A stretch of DNA of 63,966 nucleotides, counting the filler, from Reclinomonas americana ATCC 50394 (Eukaryota), in NCBI GenBank assembly GCA_048213135.1. It is 13 parts of 13 records of this genome, joined end to end, with 100 filler letters (N's around TTAATTAATTAA, not from the genome) between each part and the next. Parts side by side here need not be neighbours in the genome. Positions count along the whole stretch, not along the records: positions 11,306 to 22,909 come from AFZH01019300.1; 12 more parts are not named here. One strand, 5' to 3'. Both the position numbers and the translations under genes were made by a program. Below the pieces are notes generated by a model. That model did not search any database. It saw nothing but the letters and a program-made list of their open reading frames with translations, and was not told the DNA's origin. How positions within the stretch are numbered: position 1 is the first letter of the stretch; the number at the start of each line of letters is the position of its first letter. This document shows, in pieces, positions 11,324 to 23,009 of this stretch.

Positions 11324-14274
11324 ATGGAACGCCGCTACCGCAACCACGACTTCGACGACGACGACGAAGACGACTATGACAGCGCGCGTGACAGTCCCAG
11401 TCGCCTGCTGAGCACCGCCGGCTCGGCGGCCTTCAAGGTCGCTCTGCTCGGGCCCAGCAAGGCCGGCAAGTCGTCGCTCATTGAGCGCCTTGTCAATCAC
11501 AACTTTGACGCCAAGTACACCAGCACCGATGCCTCCCGGCCTTACATTTGCAATCTCGAGTTGCGTCGCTCTCTCTCTCTCTCTTTCTGAGTCTCTCTGT
11601 GTGTCTGACTGTCGTCACCTGGTCAGCATCGACGGTGAGAAGTGCCAGCTGTGGGTCGAGGACACACGGCCGTCGAACCGTGCCGATCCGCAGGAGCTCT
11701 TCAAGTTGGGCACGCAGTACACGTACTCGGCACCCGGGTCCGACACAATTGTCAGTCACGCGGGAAGCTACAAAGGTCTCCCGTCGAAAAGAGAGAGAGT
11801 GTGTGTTAGTAGCGATCGCTTACTTGTGCACCAACAAAAGACTACGTGCGAGCCGATGATCCCACCGCCATCTCGGCCATGTCGGTCGACAGATACTGGC
11901 AAGGTGTGTTGAACAGCTCATGCTTGCTGCGCGGCATGCTCATTGTCAATGTTGCCGCAGCTGTCATTGTGGTGTACGATGCGTTGGACGATGGCAGCAT
12001 GGATGCGGCGGAGAAAGTCACCGAGGAACTGTATCGGCACATCAAGTTTCGTTTCCTGTGCGTCCTATGTTTGACGGCGCTGCGTCACTGATCGCGCTGC
12101 GGTGCTGGGCGACAGTTATGATCCGCACGTGCAGCGGACACTCGAGTCGCCGATTCCCGTGTTCTTTGTGGCCAACAAGTGTGGTTCGTGCTGCTGATCG
12201 TCGGTGTGTACTCTTGTGTGGACGATGCATCTCACTCGCGCCACAGACATGCTGCATGCGGGTCGCGAGTCGCAACTGGCAGGTGTGTGTCACGCACACT
12301 GTGTGCTTGATGTCACCAAGACTCACGTATAAAATAACAGGCCGCCAAGCGACTGCGCGTCGCCGGCTGAGAATTCCAGAAGACCAGATGATGGTGAGCC
12401 TTCATGCCGCTGCTGCCGCTGGTGCCCATCTTCACGTCGTGCTCACGTGCTGTCGCAGAGCGTGTCGGCGAAGAAGAATGTCGATGTGGACCTCCTCTTC
12501 AAGTGTGTTGTCCGCAAGGTTTGCGTTTCTCTCACTCATTCTCAGTGTTCTGGCGGGCTCGTTTTTTTGTCAGCTCTGTCTCTTCTTTCTGGCTCTCAAT
12601 TCTCACCATCTCCCAGCCGATTCACTTGCCAGTCGCACTCTTTGTTTCCCTTTCCCCCCTTCCTTCTCTCCTCAGTCTTCTCTCTTCCTTGTTCGCGTTA
12701 GTTATTTTTGTAGTCTCTCTCTCTCCCTCTCTCTCTCTTTCCTCTCCTTTCTGTCTCTCTCCAAGCTTGATTCGCTTCTCAGCTTCTCTCTCACGCTCTG
12801 TTTCCATTTCCCCTCCCTTCTCTCTACCTCTCTCCTCAATCTTCTGTCTTTCTCTCTGAGCTGCCTTCTGTCGGTCTCAATTCTCAGTCGTCTCTTTCTC
12901 GCTCACTCCTTCTCAGACTCCCTCATGCTCTGTTTCCCTTTTCCCTCCCTTTCCTCCCTCCCTTTCCACCATCTTTTCTCGTCCTTCCTCACCTTCGTCT
13001 ATTCTCAGTCATCTCTCCTTCCTCTCCCTCCTTAATTTCTCTCAGTCTCGCTTCCTTCTGTCTCTCTCAATTCTTTTTCTCAAGCTCTGTTTCTCTCCCT
13101 TCTCCCCTTCTCTTTCCACAGTCTTCTCTCTTCCCTTCTCTTCTAAGTCATTTTCTGTCAGTCCTTCTGCTCTCAGTCGTCTCTTTCTCGCTCACTCCTT
13201 CGCAGACTGCTCCCTCATTCTCTGTTTCCCTTTTCCCTCTCCCTTTCCTCCATCTTTTCTCTTCTTTCCTTACCTTCGTCTATTCTCAGTCGTCTCTCGT
13301 TCCTCTCCCTCCTTAATTTCTCTCAGTCTCGCGTCCTTCTGTCTCTCTTAAATCTCGGTCGCCTGTCTCTCTCTTGCACTTCTTCTCTCTCCCTTCTACC
13401 CTTTTCTTTCCTCAGTCTCCTCTCTTCCCTTCTTTTCTGAGTCATTTTCTGTCAGTCCTTCTGTTCTCAGTCGTCTCTCTCTCGCTCACTCCTTCTCAGA
13501 CTGCTCCCTCATGCTCTGTTTCCCTTTTCCCTCCCTTTCCTCCCTCTATTTCCTCCATCTTTTCTCTTCCTTCCTCACCTTCGTCTATTCTCAGTCGTCT
13601 CTCGTTCCTCTCCCTCTTTAATTTCTCTCAGTCTCGCGTCCTTCTGTCTCTCTCAATTCTCGGTCGCCTCTCTCTCTCTTGCACTCTTTCTCAAGCTCTG
13701 TCCCCTCCCTTCTTCCCTTCTCTTTCCTCAGTCTTCTCCCGTAGTCTCTCTCTCTCTCTCTCTTGTCTCTCTCCTTCTTCTTCTTTCTGTCTCCTCTCTC
13801 TCGCTCACTCCTTCTCAGACTGCTCCCTCATGCTCTGTTTCCCTTTTCTCTCCCTTTCTTCCCTCCCTTTCCTCCATCTTTTCTCTTCCTTCCTCACCTT
13901 CGTCTATTCTCAGTCGTCTCTCGTTCTTCCCCCTCCTTAATTTCTCTCAATCTCGCTTTTGTCTCCAATTCTCAGTCGCCTCTCTCTCTTGCACTCCTTC
14001 TCAAGCTCTGTTTCTCTCCCTTCTCCCCTTCTCTTTCCTCAGTCTCCTTCCCCTCAACAAACATGCACCACCACAGATCCGCGACCACGTGCTCCAAATC
14101 GACGGCGAGCGCGGCCTGCGACCAAGACCACTGGCGTACGATCACTCGGAGCGATCCGTGGGCTGGTTCCGCAAGTGCTGTTACTACGTATTCTGCTGCT
14201 GCTGGTGCCGGCCAGATCGGCGCGCCGATCGCGATTTCGAACCATTAACCCGCGGGCAGCCTTATGACGACTGA
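11324..14274 (+). CDS. Atypical Ras-superfamily small GTPase
   Basis: Spliced: FKVALLGPSKAGKSSLIERLVNHNFDAKYTST...IDGEKCQLWVEDTRP...AVIVVYD...PIPVFFVANKCD...SVSAKKNVDVDLLF; last exon IRDHVLQ...RKCCYYVFCCCWCRP...YDD* follows a ~1.55 kb intron. Confidence 0.85.
12870..14050 (+). repeat. CT-rich tandem repeat, about 4 units of ~300 bp, in the last intron of the GTPase gene
   Basis: The block ctcgctcactccttctcagactgctccctcatgctctgtttcccttttc...caccttcgtctattctcagtcgtctctcgttcctctccctccttaatttctctcagtctcgc recurs near 12900, 13190, 13480 and 13800. Confidence 0.9.
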
Positions 14275-14418
14275 GGGGAGGGAGGGAGAGGAAGGAGAGA
14301 AAACATGAACGAATTGGTTGTTGATTTTGTAAGGTTTTGGGTGGGTGTTTTGTACAAATTTCCGTTGTGACTCACTCATTGCGGCGTGCCACGCTAATCA
14401 ACCGCGCCCTCGCGCGTC

Positions 14419-17400
14419 ATGAACAAAGGTGCACATTAGCTGCTATCTCTCTCTCCCTCTCTGTCTGAGTGTCTGTCTGCGTGTCTGTGTGTGTGTGTGT
14501 GTGCGTGTGAGTGCAAGAACACTGATCCGGACACTTTGACACACACACGCACACAGCCCTAAAATCAAACAAGGAACGCCTGGCGTTTGTGCGCCAAGTG
14601 TTTGAGCAGTCGCAGGATGGCGAGAGAGCGTGTACATCTCTCTCTCCTCTCCCCTCTCCCTTTCACACACTCATCTCTCTCTCTCTCTCAGTGGACAAGC
14701 GTTATCAGTTGATCAAGAGCCTGCCGCAATTGCTCAAGATCGCCTCCTGTGAGAGCGACAAGGTGTTGCGTGAGGTCGCTCGCGTCTTTTATGAGCTCTC
14801 GCGCATGGCCGGTGTGCTCGACAGCTCCGACTATCACATTGAGGTGTCGGGTGAGTGAGTCAGTAGGCTGCGATCACGCTCACAGAGTCTTGCATCTCAC
14901 TCGCCTGAGTGCACGCACAGCCAAGGCACTGGTCGAGCTGTGTCGCTCGTATGATCCAGAGACGCAGATCCTAACGGCGCAGGCACTCAGCAACCTCGTT
15001 GTTGATGGTTTGCTCACGTGCCGCCCCTTGCTGTGATCGATTCTCTCTCGCGCGCTCATGTCTCCCTCTCGCTCGCAGAGAACTTTGTGGCGGAGCTGTT
15101 GGAGGCCGGTGGCTTTGTGCCTCTGATTGCACTCTTGCGCTCGGAGCACGACATTGTGCTGCAGGAGGCGTGTCGTGTGTTTATGAATATCAGCCTGAAG
15201 AGTTGCGCGCGAGACTCCCTCCTCCTCTCGCGACCTCCACTGTCGCTGCTTACGCTTATTATTTGCGGGTGCAGACGAGTCGGTGTTGCGTCTGACTATC
15301 ATTTGGTGCGCCAGCCCGCTCACCAATCTGCTCGTGTCCGAGAATATGGATGTGGCGGTGGAGGCTGCGTATGCCATTGGCACGATGGCCGCGAACGAGA
15401 AGATGGCCGAGGAGTTTTACGATTTCGGCATCTTTGACAAGCTGAAGCCGCTGTTGCGCAGCTGGGATGTCAACTTGAGGCGCGCGTGCATGACGATTGT
15501 CGTCAGCCTGGTGAACCACACGTATGTGCGGGCGTACTTTTTCAAGGAGATCTTTGTCGACAAGCTCTTCCCGCTGTGTCGCGACGAGGAGTTGGAGATT
15601 CGCTTGGCGTTGGAACGCGTGTTGGAGAAGCTGGCCACCGAAGACAAGTTCCAGGATGTGCTGTCAACGCGAGGTGACACCGACATTTTTACTTTTATCT
15701 TGACGAGTGGCATGTCGAACAACTTGAAACGGCAGTGTGTGGTGGCCGCCTTGCAGCAGAATGCTCTTCGTGGTGCGTACGTGTGTGTGTGCGCGCGCAA
15801 GTGCATGGCCACTTTTTGCGGCATTGCCGTCGCGTGCTCATGTTGCGAGTCGCACAGTTGGGCAAGAGTGGGTTGCCGCCGATCAAGCCATTCTCACGAG
15901 CATCACCACGCTGCTGCTCTCACGGGACCCCGAGATGCAAGCTCCTGCTTTGCGAGCAACGCATGCATGTTCATTCCACGGTGTGTGCTTGTGCGACGAT
16001 GCGCACTCGATCTTTTCAATCCCTTCTCACATGTTATCTTGTGGTCGGTAGAGGATCTGCGGCAGCGCGTTGTACAGAAGCGAGTGACGCCGGTGCTGCT
16101 GGAGTATGTGGTGAGCAAGGACGCCGAGCTGCGTCTCGTGGCGCTAGAGACAGTATGTAGTCTCTGTCAGGATCGTTGCGTGCACCCCAATTTGCAACCT
16201 CCTTCGCCCCGTCGAGAGCTGACGTTCGCCGGCTGCGTAGCTGTCAACGTGCCGAGTGTGTTTGACGACATTGGTGTGGATCCACTCTTTGATGCCATGC
16301 TGCTCTCCGATCCACGCTTGGTGCGCCTGGCCAGCAAGACGCTGCGCATTTTTACAGAAAATGGTGCGCCATCCTGTTGGCGACATGGAGACTCGTAACA
16401 TTACCCATCTGACACTTCGTGTGTGTGTGTGTGCGTGCAGCGGATCTGCGTGCCCGTTTTGTCACTCGCGGTGGTATGCGTCATCTCATGGTGGGCATGA
16501 ACGCCAAGGACGTTGTGGTCCACCGTCATGCCGCAGAGGCACTTTACAATCTGTCGCGCTTGAGTTGCGTGCAATCGCCTCAGTCGAGCACAGCATTACG
16601 TTGTCCCTCACGTGGCTTACGATTGACGATGCAGATGACTCGTTGGTAGCAATCTTGCGCGACGAGTACCTGACGGAACTGTTGAGCTACGATGCACAAA
16701 AGTTGGCGGGTGTGGCAGAGGAGGAGATTTTGGTGTCGGAAGACTTTAGGCGGCCGCCTCTTGTGATTCGGCTCTCCGCTCCCGGTCCCAAAGACCTCAA
16801 GCTGCGCACTCGTCAAGCCGGTATGCAGCTGACGTCACGCACGGGCCAGCCGATCTTTTTGGACGCTGCAGCCGAAGTTCGACTGCCCGTGGCCCCAGTT
16901 GCGATGGGGATTTCACAGGCACGGCTTGGTTTGCCAGTGTCTCATTCATTCATTGCAGGATCATGCCTGGTCCGAGTGGTCTGCCGACGAGCGGCTCCAG
17001 ATCGGACTGGTGGCTCTCAACACACTGCGTAATATGATTCGCTGCGGTTCGTTGTTTGTCTACAATCGTCTCGTGTCTCACCGGCGCGCGCACTCATTTT
17101 TTCCCCGTGCCCCAACGACAGAGGCTCCCGGCATTCAACCGGCCAAGTGGACACGGCTTCGTGCGCGCCTGGTTACAGCTGTCTTTAATGTGCTGCACTT
17201 TACCGAGGTTCCGTTGCTGCGACTGCGCTGCCTGTCCATTATCGACAAGCTGTTGGAGACCAGTTGAGTGTCATCCCACGTGCTGTGGCCGATGTGGTAT
17301 CTGACTTTAGCCGGTGAATGCGCAGTATCGGACGTGCTCCGCTCTGTTCTCATTGAGCAGCCGCGGTATCCGCAGCGACTGATCGAACTATTCATCATTC

Positions 17401-19723
17401 CACTGCACCTCTACATGGTCCGCGGGGAGCTGCAGCCGGTGGATCGACAGGTTGGAATCGTACGCCGCCGATGCAGTCACAAGCATAAATGCACATACAT
17501 GCGTGTGATGCAGGACCCGGATTTCCGAGTCGACACTTCGATTGCTGACGTGCTGCAAAGACTACTGAAGCACTTGACCGGGCAGGGTATGTTGGCGATC
17601 GTGCGCGCGGGAGCTGCGCATGCGGTGCACTCACTGCCATCAATTTTGTGTGCACAGGACCGGCTTGGAACGCCATTGTCGATGGATTTGTGGCCAGCCA
17701 GCGTGGTCTTACACTGACTGCCGAAGGTACTCCATCTGTTGTGTTATTTAGCGAGTCTAATATCCCTTCCACTCACGCCGCCGCGTACGCAGATGTTGTG
17801 CGCTTTGTCATGAGCGACACCACGCCGCAACTGTCCTGTTGCGTCATGCTTTCATTCTTGTGCTGACAGCCACTCGTCCTCACAACCCCGCACGCACACA
17901 GTGTCAAACATGAGCGACGAATACGTGTTGGTGTACAGTCGACTGGTCTCCGCAGGTGTTGCCGCCTGGCTTACAGCCAACGCTGCCGCCACTCACGCAG
18001 CGCAAGATGCAAAGCGTGCACGCTCTGCGACCTCAACAGCCGCTGGCGGATCTTCTGTGCTCTCCTCTTCAACAACACGTGGTCATTTGACTCATGCGCT
18101 GGGACGGGGAAGTGTCGGGGCAGCGGGAGCGGCGGCGGCAGCGGCTGCGCATGGTGCGGGCGGTGTAGGGGCGTCGTTTGAACTGGAGGATCGACCGGAG
18201 GATCCGTATGAGAAGCGTGCGAGCTACTTGGCAAACGTGATTGATGAGCGTCGTGACCGAGCGCTGGCGTACCGGAAGCGTCTGCGGTGGTTGTTTGAGG
18301 CGCCGACAGAGGCGGATTTGGAGCGCGTGCGACCGACTCGTGTGGAGAAACCGGAGCGCATCTTCCCGGATGAGAGACCGGTGTTGGACCAGCTGTTCCA
18401 GCGGACGGCCGAGTGGACAGGTGCGTTGCTGCAAGTGGCAGGTGTGCTGGAATCGTGGGTCTCATTCCGAGACGTGCAGTGGCCACCGAGGCTCAGTTGA
18501 AAGCTGGCTCCAAGGGCAGTGTGCCCTCCTCGAAGATTGGTTTCGAGCATCTGTTTGCGTTGCGTGCGGTGACGCAGTGGGTTGAGGTCGCGAGCTTCTC
18601 ACCGTAGAATTCAATGCACAGGAAGAAAGTCATTTCCACCCTCAGCATGTACACGAGAGCGTTGCGTTGTTGCCTGCATGAACCATGCGCACTGGTCACC
18701 CTGCTCACATACCATGTGCGATGCAGAACGTCACCCGCGGATGGAACGCAGAAGAGGCCAGCAAGTGCCACCGTACGACAGAACTCGTCTTCGAGTCTCT
18801 CGCAACGGTACACCAGTCCACCAGCGCTGTCACAATGTCGACCTTGTCAATGACACACCTCTTCGCAGTGTTCGTCCGGCGTCGGCCCGAGTGATGGGTT
18901 CGTCGGGGGTGAATTCTTCTGTCGACACGTCTGCGGCCGGCAGTGGTCGTCCACCGAGTGCCATGTCTGAACGAGGAGGATCGGCGCGCCGTGAGGTGCC
19001 TGCGCCGATTCGCAAGCGGCCTGTGTCAGCCACAGCAGCGAATGGCATTCAGCGTGTCGTACGAGCGGCTTCCACCACCAAGTGCGTTCACCTGTGTGCC
19101 TATTTGCTTGCTCTGTGTCGTTTTCCACTTACATGTGACTTGTTCGTAGATTGCGACCGAGCTCCGCACCGTGCGTACCACGCTTTCGCAGCTGCAACCT
19201 GCTTGACGTACTAACCTCACTGTCTCCTTTTCCTTCACAGGAGTGGCGCCAAGCGACCGCAGTCTGCTCCACGGTTCGTTTTTTTGCTGGTCGTGTGTTT
19301 GCTGATGAGTTCCGTGTTGACTTGCTTGTCGTACAGCAATGCTGGAGCACCACGAAACAGCAGCCGCGACGCGTCGCACCAAATGTCGGCGTCGCCACGC
19401 GACTCGGTGCAGGAACTCCGTCGCCTGGCCGCCAGTGTGGCAGGCTCGACAACTGCTGACGGCGATACGTTGCGTCGGCTGCTGTTGTTCTTGTCTCATC
19501 AGTGTTCGTGGCTGTGTCGCTCACATCCACGGTGCGATTCCTCCATGTCAGTGTACTACTGATGTCGTCGGCCCGCACACTCTCGTTGCGCATTGTCGTG
19601 CTGGGCGCATTCCACCTTTTCATGCATCTCTTCTCACTCGTTTCTTTGTGTTGTAGTCGCTCGGATTCACCGCAGTCTGGCAGGGCACCGGCCAAGCGAC
19701 CCATGTCGGCCACTGTTCGATGA
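14419..19723 (+). CDS. Armadillo/HEAT-repeat protein with a low-complexity C-terminal tail
   Basis: Many spliced ARM-like helices: ALVELCRSYDPETQILTAQALSNL, GGFVPLIALLRSEHDIVLQEACRVFMNIS, NLLVSENMDVAVEAAYAIGTMA, GGMRHLMVGMNAKDVVVHRHAAEALYNLS. Confidence 0.8.
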
Positions 19724-19862
19724 TAGTTAATGTATACTTGCATAGTGTTGGCGAGCTTGCATCAAAGGAGGAAAAGTGTGAAGTCGCGTCCTGCATCATA
19801 TCACACGCCTTTCGATATTAGAGACAGAGACGGAGCGAGAGAAAGAGAGAGAGCGAGAGAGC

Positions 19863-22030
19863 ATGCTTGACATATACAAGCTGCTCCTCTTCGTGTGGTG
19901 CGTGTGAATCTCTCATGTTTCCTTCAGCGGGGATCTCCCTCACAGTGTGAGCATGCACAGCGTGTTCATTGCTGCCACGTGGATCATCTCTGTTGCGCGA
20001 CGACTCTTCTCCCTTTCTCTCTCCCCTCTCCCTCTCTCACACGTGCATTTCACAGGTGATCACACGTGTTAGTACGAATGTTCGATCAGTGTTGTCTCGC
20101 GCCAGTGTCGAGATCTCCGCCGGCAAGATCATTGTCTCCACCACGCGATTCAATCACTACTTTCACTCATGTGGTGCGACACACACACGCTTTCCCTCTC
20201 ATGTTGCCAGTGCTCACCATGCACGTGCAGGCTCCACGTGGACGCGGTTCTGGAGCCGATGGTTCTCTGTGGGCGCTCTGATTGGCTTTGCCTGTGCCAT
20301 TGCCGGCTTTCTGTTCTTCTCACTCAATCTGCTGCGGTTACTGCTGGCGCTGTTCGTCCGCACCGATCACGTGTCGGCGGCGGCAGCGGCGGCAGCGGTG
20401 GTGGCTGTCGATGGTGTCAGCGGTGCACCAGTGGCGGCGGAAGCAGCGAGTGTACTGATGGATGTCATGTCGGAGCCGCCGATTGTTGTGCAGCCGCTGG
20501 TGTGCATGCTGCTTGATGCATGCGGCCGCGAGTGGGGATTCTGACGCTTCGATGGTGATATGGGCAGGTGCCTGGGATCAGCATTCCGCTCTCACACGCC
20601 GTGTACCTGTTGGCGGCCATGTTTTGTGGTGCCGTGGTGCACGAATTCGGTCATGCGGTGGCGGCTGCCAGGTGAGCGCACGCCGCTTGTTGCGATGCTT
20701 GCGATGCTCACTTACATGTGTGTTCAGTCACGGCGTGCCTGTGCGCAACTGTGGATTCTTCTCGTTCTTTGCGCTGCCGGGTGCCTTTGTTACCATGGAC
20801 GATGCGTGGGTGCGCTTGCAGCCTTCGCAAAGGTGCGTCGGCTGTTGTGCTGTGCATGCAGGCGTCCACGCTGACTGCCAGCAATCGAGTAGATTCAGCA
20901 TCCTGTTCGCTGGCGCCTGGCACAACCTGCTGTTGAGTGCGGCCGCCCTCGGCATTGTGCTCATTCTCCCCAGTCTGCTGTCGGTGGCCTACGCAAGTGA
21001 TCAGGGCCTTACCGTGCTCTCTGTCGATGCTGTTGCGTTGCTCGTTTACCTCCCTCGTCGTCTCGTGCTAATTTCGGAGCAGGACCACCTAGGTGCGCAC
21101 GTGCATCCGGGCGACTTGATTACCGCCATCGGTCCCGACAATTGTCAAGTACGAAACCGAGCCGACTTGGCACACTGTCTGACAAAACTCGCCACAACCA
21201 AGGACCGCACCGGCTACTGTGTCGGCAGCCTCCTCGAGATGCCTGGCCAGACAGAGCGCAACACAGAGTGCTGCTACGACGGAGCAGCATCGTCGCAACT
21301 GTGCGTGTTGGATCCACTCGGCGAAGACGGCTGCGTGCCAGGCCGATCGATTCGCGATGCCACCGAGTGCTCGTACGGAGTCGACGAAGACGATTGCGCG
21401 GAGCACGGGCCGTGTGTGCGGCCAAAGTTGGCGAGCAGCGAGTACCTGTACAGATTTGAGGTCACGGATGCCGTGGGGGTGCCGCGAAAACTGGCGGCCA
21501 TTGGCGCTCTCGCCGATCTCGCCGACCACGGTTTGTCTTTTCTCCTCAGTCGTTTAGCGCGCAGCGATATGATGTTCAACAGGGGCGATGTTGCTGCTGT
21601 GCAGTGTTGACAAGCGAGTACGTCTTCCGCCTGTCGGATTTCGGCCGATCGTCGGCCTTGTTACGCGAGTTTCCGCTGCTGCTGGAGCGCTTCCTCAGGT
21701 GCGGCGATGGTTGGTGGTCGAAGCCCCGCGGTACCTCGATTTCCTCACTGCTGTCGGCAGATACCTCTTTGTTGTGAACATTGCTCTGTTCCTCTTCAAT
21801 TGCCTGCCGGTGGTATCACTGGATGGAGAGAAAGGTGATGCCGTGCGGAGCACCCTGGTCTTACATCTTGACTGCGATCTCACCGGGTTGGGGAAACGAA
21901 CACAGTACTCGGCATCATCACGAGCAGACTATTCCCGCGACATCCGTCCGTACACCGGTGGATCGTGTTGCTGTGCACCAGCGTCCTCGTCCTCAACGTT
22001 GCGCTCGGTATCTGGGTGTCGAGCGTGTAA
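19863..22030 (+). CDS. MBTPS2: Site-2 protease (peptidase M50, MBTPS2-like)
   Basis: Spliced motifs QPLVPG, VVHEFGHAVAA (HExxH), LPGAFV, AGAWHN, PDZ-like PGDLITAI with a Cys-rich insert, and FNCLPVVSLDG (NxxPxxxLDG); hydrophobic C-terminal helix. Confidence 0.93.
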
Positions 22031-22278
22031 ACTACCACAAATGCGAAATGTTAATGTAAAGCGAGAGAGAGAGAGAGAAAAATAGCCAGCACCGTCACCC
22101 GCAGCTTTATTCACATACAACACACACATACACACAAAACGTGCACGCAGTCGCACTCTGTTTGGCGACCACGAGCAGTGCCAGTGGCGATGGCGAAGAG
22201 GACAAGAAGGGAGAGAAAGAGAGCGAAGAGAGAAAGAAAAGTACACAGAGGAGAGTCTACTGCGAGCGACTGGCTGGT

Positions 22279-22835
22279 TCACGAGTGCGCCGACACCGTC
22301 GTCGGCACGGGAGTAGCACCAGCAGAGGCTGCCGCGGCAACCGAACTCGGCGGCTCTGCCGGATGCGGATCGCTTCCGGAAGCCGTGCCGTCGTGCACCC
22401 CAGAACCCGAGGCACCGCCAGCGGCAGCGGTTGCAGCCATGAATTCGGTGGGTGTGCACGTCACGTCGGTACCCACAGCCTGTATTGTGGAGCGTCCGGC
22501 GCGCGCCTCGGCCAGCAACTTGGTCTTGATCACGTCGTCCTGTGGTGGGGCGTGAGGAGGAGGAGGAGAAGGAAGGGAACAGACGTGTGACGCGCACCTG
22601 CACTTTGCGCACATGCGCCATCCACGTCTCAATGTTGCGATCGAGCGCCTTATTTTGGTAGTCGTACATGTACCACGTCCGCGTCGGAGTCACCAGGCGC
22701 ATACAGTTTGGATTGCCGACCTCCATGTCGGCGCGATCGACCTCGCAGTTGAAAATGTCGACGACGCCCAGCGGGCACGTCGCCTTTTCGTTCTTGAAGT
22801 AGTACAAGTGTGTGCCCAGCAGCGCAAACCACCTG
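22279..22835 (-). CDS. PH-domain protein, 3' part (5' exons in the gap)
   Basis: RWFALLGTHLYYFKNEKATCPLGVVDIFNCEV...NCMRLVTPTRTWYMY...IETWMAHVRKVQ is a typical PH pattern; one GT-AG intron precedes the last exon. Confidence 0.85.
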
Positions 22836-22858
22836 GCAGCAGGGTGAGCACACAGCGA

Positions 22859-22909
<51 letters not shown>

Positions 22910-23009
22910 NNNNNNNNNNNNNNNNNNNNNNNNNNNNNNNNNNNNNNNNNNNNTTAATTAATTAANNNNNNNNNNNNNNNNNNNNNNNNNNNNNNNNNNN
23001 NNNNNNNNN

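Noticed and set aside
11920..13940. Long Leu/Ser/Phe-rich ORFs in the ORF track, and similar CV/HT-repeat ORFs elsewhere
   Set aside because: Translations of CT or GT microsatellite introns, which lack stop codons by composition.
14620..14691. Possible GC-AG intron (gcgaga donor) in the ARM gene
   Set aside because: A GT donor of the same phase (gtacat) lies 12 nt downstream; cannot be decided without RNA data.
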